A DNA stretch of 27,968 bases from Elsinoe ampelina (lineage: Eukaryota). Shown one piece after another: positions 10,460 to 21,604 of this stretch. The DNA lies in NCBI GenBank assembly GCA_010093995.1, contig ML992510.1, positions 1,243,339 through 1,271,306 of the forward strand, given 5' to 3'. The position numbers were made by a program, and so were the translations under genes. The stretch's first letter is position 1, and each line of letters opens with the position of its first letter. The notes beneath the pieces are model-generated. The model did not search any database. It was not told the origin of the DNA and worked only from the letters and a program-made list of their open reading frames with translations.

Positions 10460-11737
10460 TGCGTGTCGAGGAAGTGGTCGACGGCTCAGGAGGTTGTTAT
10501 CGCAATGTCAATGCTGAGGCAGGATGTTTTGACGCGGTACGGGGGTGCTGCGAGGAAGAAGCCGGTGATGAGAGGTTTCCAGGCAGGTTCCTGAAGTGAT
10601 GACGCGGCCTCTGTTGGGTGAAGAAATCGGAGTTTCGGGGTTGTTCTGGGGAAGGCTTGTTGATGATGTGTCGCGGATGAAAGTGTATGATTGTACAGTC
10701 GCTCAATGGTCTGCAAGCGAGCGTGAGTGTTGTTGTGGTGTTGATGGAATGCAAAGGCGGGATGAAGGGTGAATTGAGAAGGTGAGAATGGGATGGGCCA
10801 AGGAAGCCGGCGGATGCGAGGATACTCAAGACTGAAGAGAGAGCACAGCCCCGAGACAGCCCCAACCTTGAAGGCCCACCCAAGAAACGCTCGCTGGGCC
10901 AGGCTTGTCTGACGAATCGCTGTCCACTTTTGTTTCTCCCGGAGATCTGCCTTGGAGCGACTTTTCAGGAAACGGTCGGGAATTGTGGGCGACTCGTTGC
11001 ACCGATGCAGTAACCGCTTGACCCGAACGAGCAGATTCGGCAGTCGATCGGTGTTTGGTTTGTGAACAGAGGCAGAAACCTTGTCACTTTTGCTTCGGTC
11101 CAATCACTTGGAGGCTTTGACATGCTCTTGTGATTGGCTCCTGCCCGACGAGCTGACGAAACCTCAGCTCGACTCGATCTTAACGCGCCTGATATCGGCC
11201 TCATGAAATCGACCTCTTTGCTCACCAGTTTCACCCGATCGCAAACTTATTTTGCTGCGGTATAGTCGACGGATCCACAGTCCCGTGGCTGCTAACTAAC
11301 CTGTTCATAACAAAATGGACGACAAGCTCTTCCGCGATTCTATCTATAGAACAGACCCATCTTGATCTTCTGCTCGACGAGCATCTCCCGACATCACTGC
11401 CTGTGCAAAGATTCTCAAGTTGATCACGGTGAATGCTCATGAACCTGAACTTCATGTCTTGTACTTGGCCGTTCAAACAATCCGACTGCCAACGGTCGAC
11501 CACAATGCCGGGATGATTCCGCGCCTGAATCTTCTTCCTTGACCCTGATCCCCTGCATAGCTTAAGAGGCATCGGGTGTCCACTCTCTGTGATCGTTGTA
11601 ACCCGAATATAGCCCGAGAAATTTGGTTCCGAAGGGCAAAAACTGTCGGTCCGATATTGAGCGACTGCCAGCGGAACTTGACTACCGTGGACATTGCTGT
11701 TGATGGTGATGGTCGCCATGTTAAAGGTCGCTATTCA

Positions 11738-12302
11738 TCATGCCTCAAGATTGATGCTTCGTCCAAATCGTCCGTAGAGAGCCGTCGTAAGACCGGTCAT
11801 CTCTTCACGAATCTGGTCGAGCTTGCCTTCCAGTGTTTCGACCTCTCCGTCGACGTCCTCGACTGATTTTGTGAGAAGCTCCTGTACCTTCTCGAGCGGA
11901 AGTTGAACAAATGAATCCCCGATGCGATATCTGATGAGCGACAGTCGGTCATTGACTTGAACAAGTGCTCACGATTACTTACGAAATCTTCTCGTCTTCG
12001 TCTGCTAGTTCCAATTCGTTGGAGATTTCTTCGAGATCTTCCTTTTCCTTCTGTGATTGGAACATCAGAATTATCGCAATTGTGAACCATATCGGTGACT
12101 TGCATTCTTGGCCTTCAACTCCTCCTCGATCGTTCCGACCTTGCGGTGCAGTGTGCTGAATCGATTGATCTTTTCTTGGTCCTCCTTTCTGACCTCAACC
12201 TCTTCACTTTCCTCCTGCTTCGAGAGCTTCATGTGGGTCAACACCAGTGCGTAGAGGAGATCGGTATGTACTCACCATTCTTCGCGGAGCTACTGCCGCC
12301 AT
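11738..12302 (-). CDS. GIM3: Prefoldin subunit 4 (Gim3/PFD4), 136 aa, 4 exons (12302-12276, 12226-12104, 12050-11983, 11930-11738)
   Basis: Spliced translation: MAAVAPRRM|LSKQEESEEVEVRKEDQEKINRFSTLHRKVGTIEEELKAKN|KEKEDLEEISNELELADEDEKIS|YRIGDSFVQLPLEKVQELLTKSVEDVDGEVETLEGKLDQIREEMTGLTTALYGRFGRSINLEA*. EDQEKINRFS, YRIGDSF and LYGRFGRSINLE are characteristic of PFD4. Introns are 49, 53 and 52 nt. Confidence 0.93.
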
Positions 12303-12424
12303 ACTGCTTGCGATATACCAAAGTTGCCGGGTATATTGATGTTATGTTCAATAGTTGGGATGTTGACTTGTGTGGGGGAGGAAAAAGGATTGATTACTGC
12401 CTGATCCACCAAACTGAGGTAGAT

Positions 12425-12620
12425 TGTAACTACATAAATACTTAACCTAATAAACTAAAAGATGACTAAATCAATAGAACTCCTAAATAACAACAGATTA
12501 AGACAATAACTATCTAATTTAATCATAAACTAGTAGAGTAGTAGATAAGTGTTTAGTTCTACTAGGGGATAAACTAAATTAGAGTTCTTCTTAGCGCTCT
12601 AGCTTATACCTCGGTTAATA
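12425..12620 (-). repeat. Putative 3' LTR of the Copia element
   Basis: Begins TATTAAC (RIP'd TGTT-) directly after the PPT. The distal end is taken at GTTACA (plus-strand tgtaac, 12,425), where the composition changes. The partner LTR lies outside the window, so the left boundary is uncertain. Confidence 0.5.
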
Positions 12621-14770
12621 CACCCCTTTACTAAATAGCTATAACTCTATAATAGCTAGTTAGTAGACTACTAACTTAAGGAATAGCTATTATAAGAAGG
12701 CCTTATACCTTCTAGGTAGTAATAACTTAGTTAATCTATTAGCTAAGGTGTCTACTAATAGTGTCTATATTACTAAGATAGAGCTAGATAGTTCTCTAGC
12801 TAGATTAATCTCTTGTCTTAGCTAGTAATAATAAATATTAATATAGTAAAGATATATATTTAGCTTCTTAATTAGAGTAGTAATAAGACTAATAGTTTAC
12901 TAATTGTTACACTAAATACTAACATATTTAAGGGGATAGATAGAGGCTATTAGCCTTCTCTACTATATAGCTTACTTAGTAGTCTCTATAAGAGTAAGTA
13001 ATTTAGCTTCTATACTTAAGGTTATAACTATTAGCTACTTAGTAGCCTTCTAGTTAATTAAGCCTTAGAATATCTTAAATAGATAGCCTTAAAGGCTCTT
13101 TCTTAAAGAGTAACTACTAAAGCTAGTATCTAATAAGGCTTAGAAAATTAGAGGTAGTATTAAGCTATTAAAGGTAAGAGCTAGATCTTTAGTTTTATAG
13201 AGATACTAGATTACTCTATTTACTAGCCTCTAGTAAGTTAGTAATAGATTAGTTAAGTACTTTAATAATCTAGAAGTAGTAAAGGTAATATTAAGCCTTA
13301 TAATAATAGTTATAAAGTTAATAGATCTAATCTTCTACTAGTATAGGTAGATCTCTTATAGTAATACTTAGCCTTTATAAGGTTAAAGTATCTTAATTAG
13401 TAGTAGTATTAATACTAGCCTTATTAGTTCTATAATAAACTTACTATATATCTATTATATATACTAGGCTTAGCTAAGCTAAAGTCTCTTTATTAGTCTA
13501 TCTCTTATAACTTAGATAGCTAGAAACTAGCTTAGATCTCTAAGTACCTTTATCTTATATTTAGTATAGAGAGCTATAATAATAGTATTAGCTTTCTCTT
13601 TATACTTCTTAAGATATATAATAGTAATATTATTTATAAAGAAGAAGATTATTACTTTAGGTATTATCTAGAGGTATAGAGCCTTAGAGGCTTAAGTAAA
13701 TCTAATACTCTTTAGAGTAGTAGTAAATTTAGTATACTAGAGAGCTAAGACTTACTTTAGGCTATATAGTGCCTTATTAAGTAGTAGAATTATATCTAAT
13801 AGAGTAATACTAGAATAGTCCTTTATAAGATTCTCTATAACTAGCTTAAATCTAGTATAGTAGATAGTCTTATTAATAAGACTATTAATATAGGCATTAA
13901 TAATATCTATCTAGATAGCCTCTATATCTTTATAAGTAAGTAATACTATAAGTATTCTAAAGATCTTAGCTACTAGAGTTACTATATAAGTTTTAGATTT
14001 TATTAATTAGAGATTACCTCTTATATAGACTTTTACTTTATACTTTATAACCTTTCCTTTATTATTAACTTTATAGGTAAATACCTATATTAAAGAGATA
14101 GGCTTACTAGTAGCTTAAGCTACTAGTATAATAGTCTATATATATTTTAAGTATAAAGTAAGTAATTTAACCTTTATAGCCTCTTAAAATTACTTCTTAT
14201 AAGAATAAGCCTTAAGTTCTCTAATATTAGCTAGTAGTAGTAGAAGATTATCTCTTAATTCTAGCTTAGGCTAAGTTAGTGTTAGTGTTATTAATAGATA
14301 AGTATTAAAGGCTTAGTAATATCTAGGAGCTTTATTAGTTTATATAAGAGTAGTAATATATACTTACCTTCTTAGTTTTTTTATTCTTCTTATTATAAGA
14401 ATATATTTAGGAAGAAGATTAGCTAACCTTATAGTAATTCTTTAAGAGAGTTACTTAGACTAAGCTTTAACTACCTCTTTAGTCTAAACTTCTATCTTAT
14501 CTCCTTTAGCTTTATCTCCTCTAAGTAGTAGAGGAGATAGCTATACTACTATAGATAGTAGTAAGACTAAAGTATTAAAGAACTATTTATTTAGTAAAGA
14601 TTTCTAGATCTAAGCTTAGTTTAGATCTAGAATAGCCTTATCTAATTAGTCTAATAAAGGTAGTAACTAATCTAGTATAATAGAGTAACTCTTATCTAGC
14701 TACTAAGATAGGCTTAGCCCTTAATCTAGATTACTCTAACTTAGAGTCTAAGATAGTATCTAGTTCGGCT

Positions 14771-14866
14771 ACTAAACTAGATTCTAAACTAGATTCTAAA
14801 CTAGATACTAAACTAGATACTAAACTAGATACTAAACTAGATATTAAACTAGATACTAAACTAGAT
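14771..14866 (+). repeat. Tandem array, 8 x 12 bp, consensus (A/T)CTAAACTAGAT
   Basis: Eight contiguous units counted directly: five actaaactagat, two tctaaactagat and one attaaactagat. It lies in the Copia integrase-RT linker and the period is a multiple of 3. Confidence 0.95.
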
Positions 14867-14874
14867 TTAGTTTA

Positions 14875-15077
14875 TAATACGAGATAGATACGAACCAGAT
14901 TTAGTTAGGATCTAGTTTAGATTAGTTACGTAATTTTAGTATCGTAGCCTAGGCTTCTAGCCGCTCTACTCTTAATATTATATATACTTTATATACTAGC
15001 TTTTCTTTTTCTTCTTCTAAGTCTTAATATCTTAATAAATAGACGTAATTAACCTCTTATCTTACTAGTTATAATTA
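14875..15077 (+). repeat. 5' LTR of Gypsy element A
   Basis: 203-bp direct repeat of 27,637-27,839. Termini TAAT...ATTA correspond to RIP'd TGAT...ATCA. Confidence 0.92.
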
Positions 15078-18000
15078 CTATATTAAGACTTTGAAATAAC
15101 TACGACTAAGTAATAGAGCTATTAAACTATCTAGTTATTCTACTACTTATATAACTACTAATAACTACTACTTATAAAGAATTAAAGAATTAAAGAAGAA
15201 GCTATTATAACTATAGTTCCTATATACACTATAATAGATCCTCGCTACTACTATATAGGTTAATACTATAAACCTTAAAGATATAAGAAAAAGGTAATAA
15301 GTTAAGTTATAGATAACTCTTAAAGGAAGTAAGCTACTAGCTAAAAATTTTAATATCTTCTTTATTACGTGTTAACTTTTTATACTATTCTATTTATAAC
15401 TAACTATACTAAGTATAGCTTAATCTAACTATAGTAATAAAGAGCGCTACTAAAGTAAGCTACCTTAACCTATCCCTAATAATAATAATGCCTCTATTTA
15501 CTCTCTCTACTATAATCTTTTTACTCTCTCTAACGCTATACTTCTTAAGAAGCTATAGGAAGAGTATAGTATATAGGCACTAAGAGACGTATTTAACTAT
15601 ATTAAGTTCTTCTATAATAAGTAGACTATATAGGTAAAAGACACTTATACTAATACTCTCTACTATTACTATAAGTTAGATACTACTTAGGCCTAGCTTA
15701 GTAACCTCTAATCTAAACTAGACGTATCTTAGTTCTATACTAATAGCGTTACTACCTAAGCTACTTACTACCTAGATAAAATCTAAGAGCTTAAGGCTAA
15801 GATAGACTAACTAAGAAACGAGATAGAGCGTAGTATACTAGCTCTTTCTATATATAGCTCTACCTTATTAGAAAAGATACTAGACTCTACTATTATTAGT
15901 ATAGGTATACTAGAGTAGTTCGAGGTCTTTAAGCACTAGATAAGAAATAAGATATATACTAATATAGATCGTTTCTCTATAAGAGACACTTAGTTTACCT
16001 ATCTATACTTACACCTCTCTAGAGAAGCCTATATCCTTATTATAGACTTAGCTAGTAATAACGTTATTAGCGTTAAAGAGGTTCTTACTCTCCTAGCCTA
16101 GCGCTTCGAGGATCCTAATTATAGAGCTACTATATATACTTAGTTTACTAACCTCTTCTAGTATAATAGTATATTTAACTCCTTTATTAGTAAGTTTAAT
16201 AAGTATACTCTTTATACTAAAATTGCTAAAGAGAAGTAGCTATACTAGATCTATTAGAAGATATTTAATAAGCTAGGTAATACTCTAGTTAACTATAACA
16301 CTAATAACCTTACTACCTTTATTACTAAGGCCTACGCTACTAACTATAATATTTAATAGAACAACTTTATTACTAAGCGCACTTAGGCTTTATATTCTAT
16401 ACTAGCTATAAGCTACGCTACTACTATACTTACTTATATACCTTATTCTACCTTCGTACCTATAGCTCTATCTACCTTTTACTCTATTACTAGAGGTGCT
16501 CTATAGCCTTTCTATTTAGCTCTAGCACTTACCTATTATATATATAGTAAGCTTAGATATATCTCTACTAAGTATATAGCTAGCGCCTTAGAGAAGGCTA
16601 CTTACGCTACTATATACTCTATATATATTAGTACTATAAAGGAGATATAGTAGCTCTAGAATCGCTTAGCTAAGTTAAGTAACTAGGTCGATACTAGTTC
16701 GACTTACGAACTAGATCTAGTTAAGCCTTAGTTTAACCCCGAAATAGACTATAAGCCTACTAGTTTCTCTAGCTAGAGAAATAAGTAGCTAAAGAATAAG
16801 TTCTATTCTCTAGTAGAATAAGAGTAATTCGAGATAGATCCGGAGGTATATAGTTACTAAATAGTGTTATTAGCTACTATATCCTCGCTATTATAACTTC
16901 TATTACTATTTACGACCCCTATAACTACTCGTATACTATTATACCTTAAGCCTTTATTAATACTAGCGTGCTTATTAGCGCCGTAGTTAATTATAACATT
17001 ATTAATAAGCTAAAGAGCTTTAGCTACCCCGTAGTACTAGCTAGTCCTATTTAGCTTTAAGCCTATAATAGTGTTCTAATAGAGTAAGTTATATATAGTA
17101 TTTCCTTTACTACTACTATTTCTAGTAAGCTAAATAACCTTACTACCTTTTATATTATAGATATTAGCTAATTTAATATTATTCTTAGCCTTAGCTAGCT
17201 TAAGGCTAATAGAGCTACTATCGACTATAAGTATAGCTAAGTTATATATAAAGAAGAGTTTTCGCTAATAGTTATTAAGTAGAAGCTACTATAGCTAATT
17301 AAAAGGCTAGAATCTAAATCTAAGCCTAGCTTAGATCTAGGAATCTAGCTCGGTAAAGCTACTATTTTAGTTTAGAATTAGTTTACTTCTAGTTTAATAT
17401 ATAAACTAGGTTCTAGCTTAGCTACTAAGATAGAGCGAACTAGACTATATTAACTACTAGCTCTTAGGTCGAACTTTAAGCTAAATTAGAAGGAGTTTAA
17501 GCTAATCTCCTATAGTACTTAGTTAATATATAAGTTCTCCTACGTACTTACCTACGTAAGTAATACTAGGTAAGAAGAGCTAACTATTACTTTTATTAGC
17601 GCTACTACCTTTATATTAGTAGCTAAATACTAAGAGAATAAGGTGTTTATAATCTTAGTAAAGAATATTAAAGACTACTACTAGATAGCCTCTAAGCTAG
17701 AACTAGATTCTATAGTAGTTCTCCTAGAGGAGTTATAGGAGTTTACTAATATCTTCTCTAAAGAATAATCTAATATACTTCCTTAGTATCGGCTAGATTT
17801 CGACAACTATATTATACTTAAAGATAGCGCTAAGCTACTATATATAGAGTCTTTACGCTACCTATTACTAAAAGAACTTAATATAGTAGAATAATTTATT
17901 TAAGAATATCTTAATAAAGGCTTTATTATACTAAGTTCCGCTAGCTATTTCTTACTTATTCTCTTTATTTATAAGCTAGGTAGAGGACTTTATCTCTACG

Positions 18001-20207
18001 TTAACTACTATAGCCTTAATAAGGTAACTAAGCGAGATATCTATTCTCTACTCCTTATTAAAGAAATGCTTATACGCGTAAGTAAGGCTAAATAGTTTAG
18101 TAAGATCGACATCTATTAAGCCTTCTACTACCTCTATAACTCTATTAATAGTAAAGATCTTACTATGTTCTCTATATATATAAGTAACTTTAAGTAGCTA
18201 GTAATACTATTCGGCCTTACTAATGTCTCTATAGTCTAGTAGAGGTTTATAAATTATAATTTTATTAATATACTAGAGCGCTTCGTGTCGATCTACCTAG
18301 ATAATATTCTTATCTATATAAATAGCTTCTACTAAGAGTATATTAAGTATATTAAGCTAGTACTCTAGAGGCTCTATAAATTAGGCCTAAACACTAATAT
18401 TAAGAAGAGTAAGTTCTACTTAATAGAGGTAAAGTATCTTAGTATTATTATTAGCTAAGATAGAGTTAAAATAGATCTAAAGAAGATAGAAGCTATATAA
18501 GTCTAGAAATAGCTAGCTCCTAGTAATACTACTTAGGTAAGAAGCTTTATTAGTTTCTATAGCTACTATTACTACTTTATTAAGGGATTTAGTACTATTG
18601 CTAAGCTACTAAATAATCTTCTTAAGAAGGATACTATACTATAGAATAATAAGTATACTACTGTATTTAACTATATAAAGTATACTATTATAAGTATACC
18701 TATCCTTACGTATTTTAATTACTTAAAGTAGATAGTTCTTAAGACTAATACCTTCGATACTACTACTACTAGAATTCTATTATAATATAATAAGTCTAAT
18801 ATTCTCTAGCCTATTACCTTTTTTAGTAAATCTATAAATAAAGCTAAATATAACTATACTATCTATAATAAGGAACTACTAGTAATTGTCTAAGCCTTTA
18901 AGAAATAGGCCTCTAAGCTTATAAGTACTTAATCTAATAAGGCTATCTACGTCCTTACTAACTACTAATTCTTAATATACTTTATAAAGACTTAGAAGCT
19001 ATTACGCTACTAAGTATACTAGGCTCTCTACCTTACGTAGTTTAACTTTAAGATTATATATAGGCCTAGCGCTACTAATAGTAAGGCTAATATACTTACG
19101 AGGAGAAATAGAGATATACTATATTTAAGAGAAGACTCTAATCTACGCTAGATACTACTACTATATAAGGTGCTAGATTAGCGTATTATTAACGAACTAA
19201 ATCTAGGTTGTATCTAAACTAGATTACTAATCTAAGCTAAACTAAGATCTAGTTTAGTATCTAGTTTACGGACTAGTTTACTATCTAGTTCGCTACCGAT
19301 TTTATTTTCTATTTTGCTACCTATATTAGTGCCTATTTTAGCTACTAAACTAGATATCTACGTAGTACCTATCTTAGCTACGAAAGAACCTTTACTCCTT
19401 TTCGAAGAAGTAGCTAAAGCTAACTTATAAGACACTAAGTGTAAAATAGTTAGAGGTATTTACTATATAATAGAGGCCTTTCTAAAGAGAAAATAGCTAC
19501 TATCGAGCGATGTTACTATTAATAAAGGAATATTATAGGTCGCTAGCTAACTATTCGTACTATAGTTAATAGCTATAAAGGTTATTTAAGAAGTCTATAT
19601 ATTAAAGAACTATATATATAAAGGAGCTACTAAAACGGCTACTATAATTAAGACTACCTTTTATATCTCGAGCTATAATAACTTTATTAAGAGGTTTATA
19701 GCTAACTATTATAACTATAAGCGCTTAAAGGCTTACTATAGCTTACTAGCTAGCCTTCTATTGCTATTACCTATTCCGGTAAGGCCTTAGTAATATATTA
19801 CTATAGACTTTGTTACTAGTCTACCTCTAGTAGATAGCTATAATATAGTACTATATGTTATTAATTACTTATCTAAGAAGTAATACTTAATCTCTTACTT
19901 CTAGAGAGAAGAAGAAACTTTTATATTTAAGATAGCTAAGCTATTATTCTTCTACGTATAGAAACTATATAGCCTACTAAATAGTATTACCTCTAACTAT
20001 AGCCTTTAGTTCGTTAGCGACGTATAGAAGAGACTCTACTAGATTCTAAAGATTATAGCTAAGCTATCTACTACTAGCTACTCTTAAATAGATAGCTAAT
20101 TAGAAGTTATAAACTAAGAGTTTAAACGAGTTATTCGATTCTATATAATATAGTTTAGTAATTAGACTCTTATTCTACTAGTTATAGAGTTCTCTATAAA
20201 CGCTAAC

Positions 20208-20394
20208 TATTAAAGCCTTATATTAAAGCTACGTATATCGTAATATAGAGAACGCCTATCTAACCGAATAGTTCGTTAGTAGTAGAACTAATTACTATTA
20301 AGTTTAAGGCGTAAGTGCTATATAAGATAAGTAGGTACGTTACGTAAGTAGAACTAGCTACTACTAAGTGCTGCTCTAATACTAGGCTCTTATA
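20208..20394 (-). repeat. 3' LTR of Gypsy element B
   Basis: 187-bp direct repeat of 26,719-26,905. On the minus strand it starts TATAAG (RIP'd TGTAAG), directly after the PPT. Confidence 0.92.
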
Positions 20395-20782
20395 ATTGTC
20401 TCCTTCTCTAGGAGAGCTATTCTTAGCTCTCGACTAGAAGTGTATAATATATAGCGCCTTCTAGAAGTAATATAGGCTTAAGGTAGTTAAGGTATTTATA
20501 TAAAAGCCTTATATATATCTTATATACTACTTAGTAGTAGTAATCCTAGGGATTTAGTTTCTATAGAGGCGTTTATCTAGTCGCTATAGTACTAAAGCTA
20601 ATTAGTAGCGATAATATTACTTTTCTTAGAATTTCTAGTAGTATCGTAGGAGATACGCGCCTTACGCTAGTAGCTATAACAAAGATATAGTATACTAGAG
20701 ATTAGTCTATATAATCTTATTATTCTTCCTTATATTCTTCTTTTCTACCTAAAATATATCTATATTTTATTAATTTTTTACT

Positions 20783-21604
20783 ATATAAGTATACTACCTA
20801 TAACTATTATATTATTTAACTCTAGGCCTCCTATAGCTAATACTTATAGCGTAAGGTCTACTAGCGCCTAGAGAGCTATTACTACTAGCGCTAACTCTAT
20901 AACTCTTTTACTTCCTAAAGAGAAGACTAATACCTATACTAGGTACGCTAATAGCGTTACTAAGAGTAAGCTAATAGAGCTCTTATAAGAGACATAACTA
21001 ATTTATAGTAGGTCGTATTTATACTAGAGGTAACTTTAGTATCTTTTTCTATTATAAGTGTAAATACTACGCCTATAGTAAGTATATATATAAGCTACTT
21101 CTATCTATTCTATGTAATATATATATTAACGCCTTTAATATAGTTACTAAGCTTAAGGCCCCTAACTAGGCCGATATTACTACAGCTAAGAAGTATATAT
21201 ATACTATAGCCTATAAGAATATCCCTAAGGTTAAGAAGTTTAAGACTATACTTAAGGTATACTATACTAACAAGAATAAGATTATTAGTAAGGTCTTAAC
21301 TCCTTATATAAAACCTATAGGTAGCTTACTTAGTAGTGTTACGCTTAAGTATAAGAAGGTTAAGGAGCTATAGAAGATTAGGCGTAGCCTTTATAGCTTA
21401 ATTACTATCGGTAAGGAGGTAAGTTAGACTATACTTCTTATACGTTATAAATATAGCTAATAGGTTTAGATAGTATATAACTCTAGTAGTTCTACTATCG
21501 AAATTAACTATATTATAGCTAGTAGGTAGCTTATAGCCTCTATAGTACTTATAGAGAAGAATCTTAGTATAGAGGTAGACGAAGAGAATAGTAAGAATAA
21601 GTAG
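20783..21604 (+). pseudogene. RIP-inactivated antisense accessory gene inside element B, ~228 aa, putative exons 20783-20784, 20826-20965, 21009-21418, 21470-21604
   Basis: After removing introns 20,966-21,008 (GTAAGC...ACTAAT...TAG) and 21,419-21,469 (GTAAGT...GCTAAT...TAG), one frame has only four internal stops (all TAG, no TAA) over ~228 codons of TA-saturated DNA. The first intron (20,785-20,825) and the split AT|G start need a RIP-reverted donor and are less certain. Confidence 0.7.

Larger units (their letters stand above)
12425..14874 (-). mobile_element. Ty1/Copia LTR retrotransposon, 3' part (integrase-RT linker, RT, RNase H, PPT, 3' LTR), RIP-inactivated
   Basis: The minus strand reads as RIP'd KALYGLK (~13,757-13,777), IFFF(V)DDI (~13,625-13,650), SDASF (~13,115-13,135) and RH(V)DIHHHWLRQE...AD-L-K (~12,740-12,850), with RNase H last as in Copia. 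The purine tract TAAAGGGGTG (12,630-12,621) abuts the LTR start. Confidence 0.85.

Noticed and set aside
10486..11719. ORFs of 205, 128, 89 and 162 aa between the bZIP and prefoldin genes
   Set aside because: No recognisable domains and mostly non-ATG starts. The region reads as the bZIP promoter/5' leader and the prefoldin 3' region.
12361..12424. TGTTGAC at 12,361 as the Copia LTR terminus (inverted match to gttaata at 12,614-12,620)
   Set aside because: The segment shows no RIP and looks like the CT-rich prefoldin promoter on the minus strand. It is not fully excluded without the partner LTR.
14771..14866. CRISPR-like or telomeric array
   Set aside because: Units are contiguous 12-mers with no spacers, do not match TTAGGG, and sit inside a retrotransposon coding linker in eukaryotic DNA.
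20785..20849. Alternative 65-nt first intron for the antisense gene (GCTAAT...TAG at 20,849)
   Set aside because: It gives no in-phase start codon, whereas the acceptor at 20,825 yields AT|G-CCT-CCT in frame. It remains possible as a 5' UTR intron.
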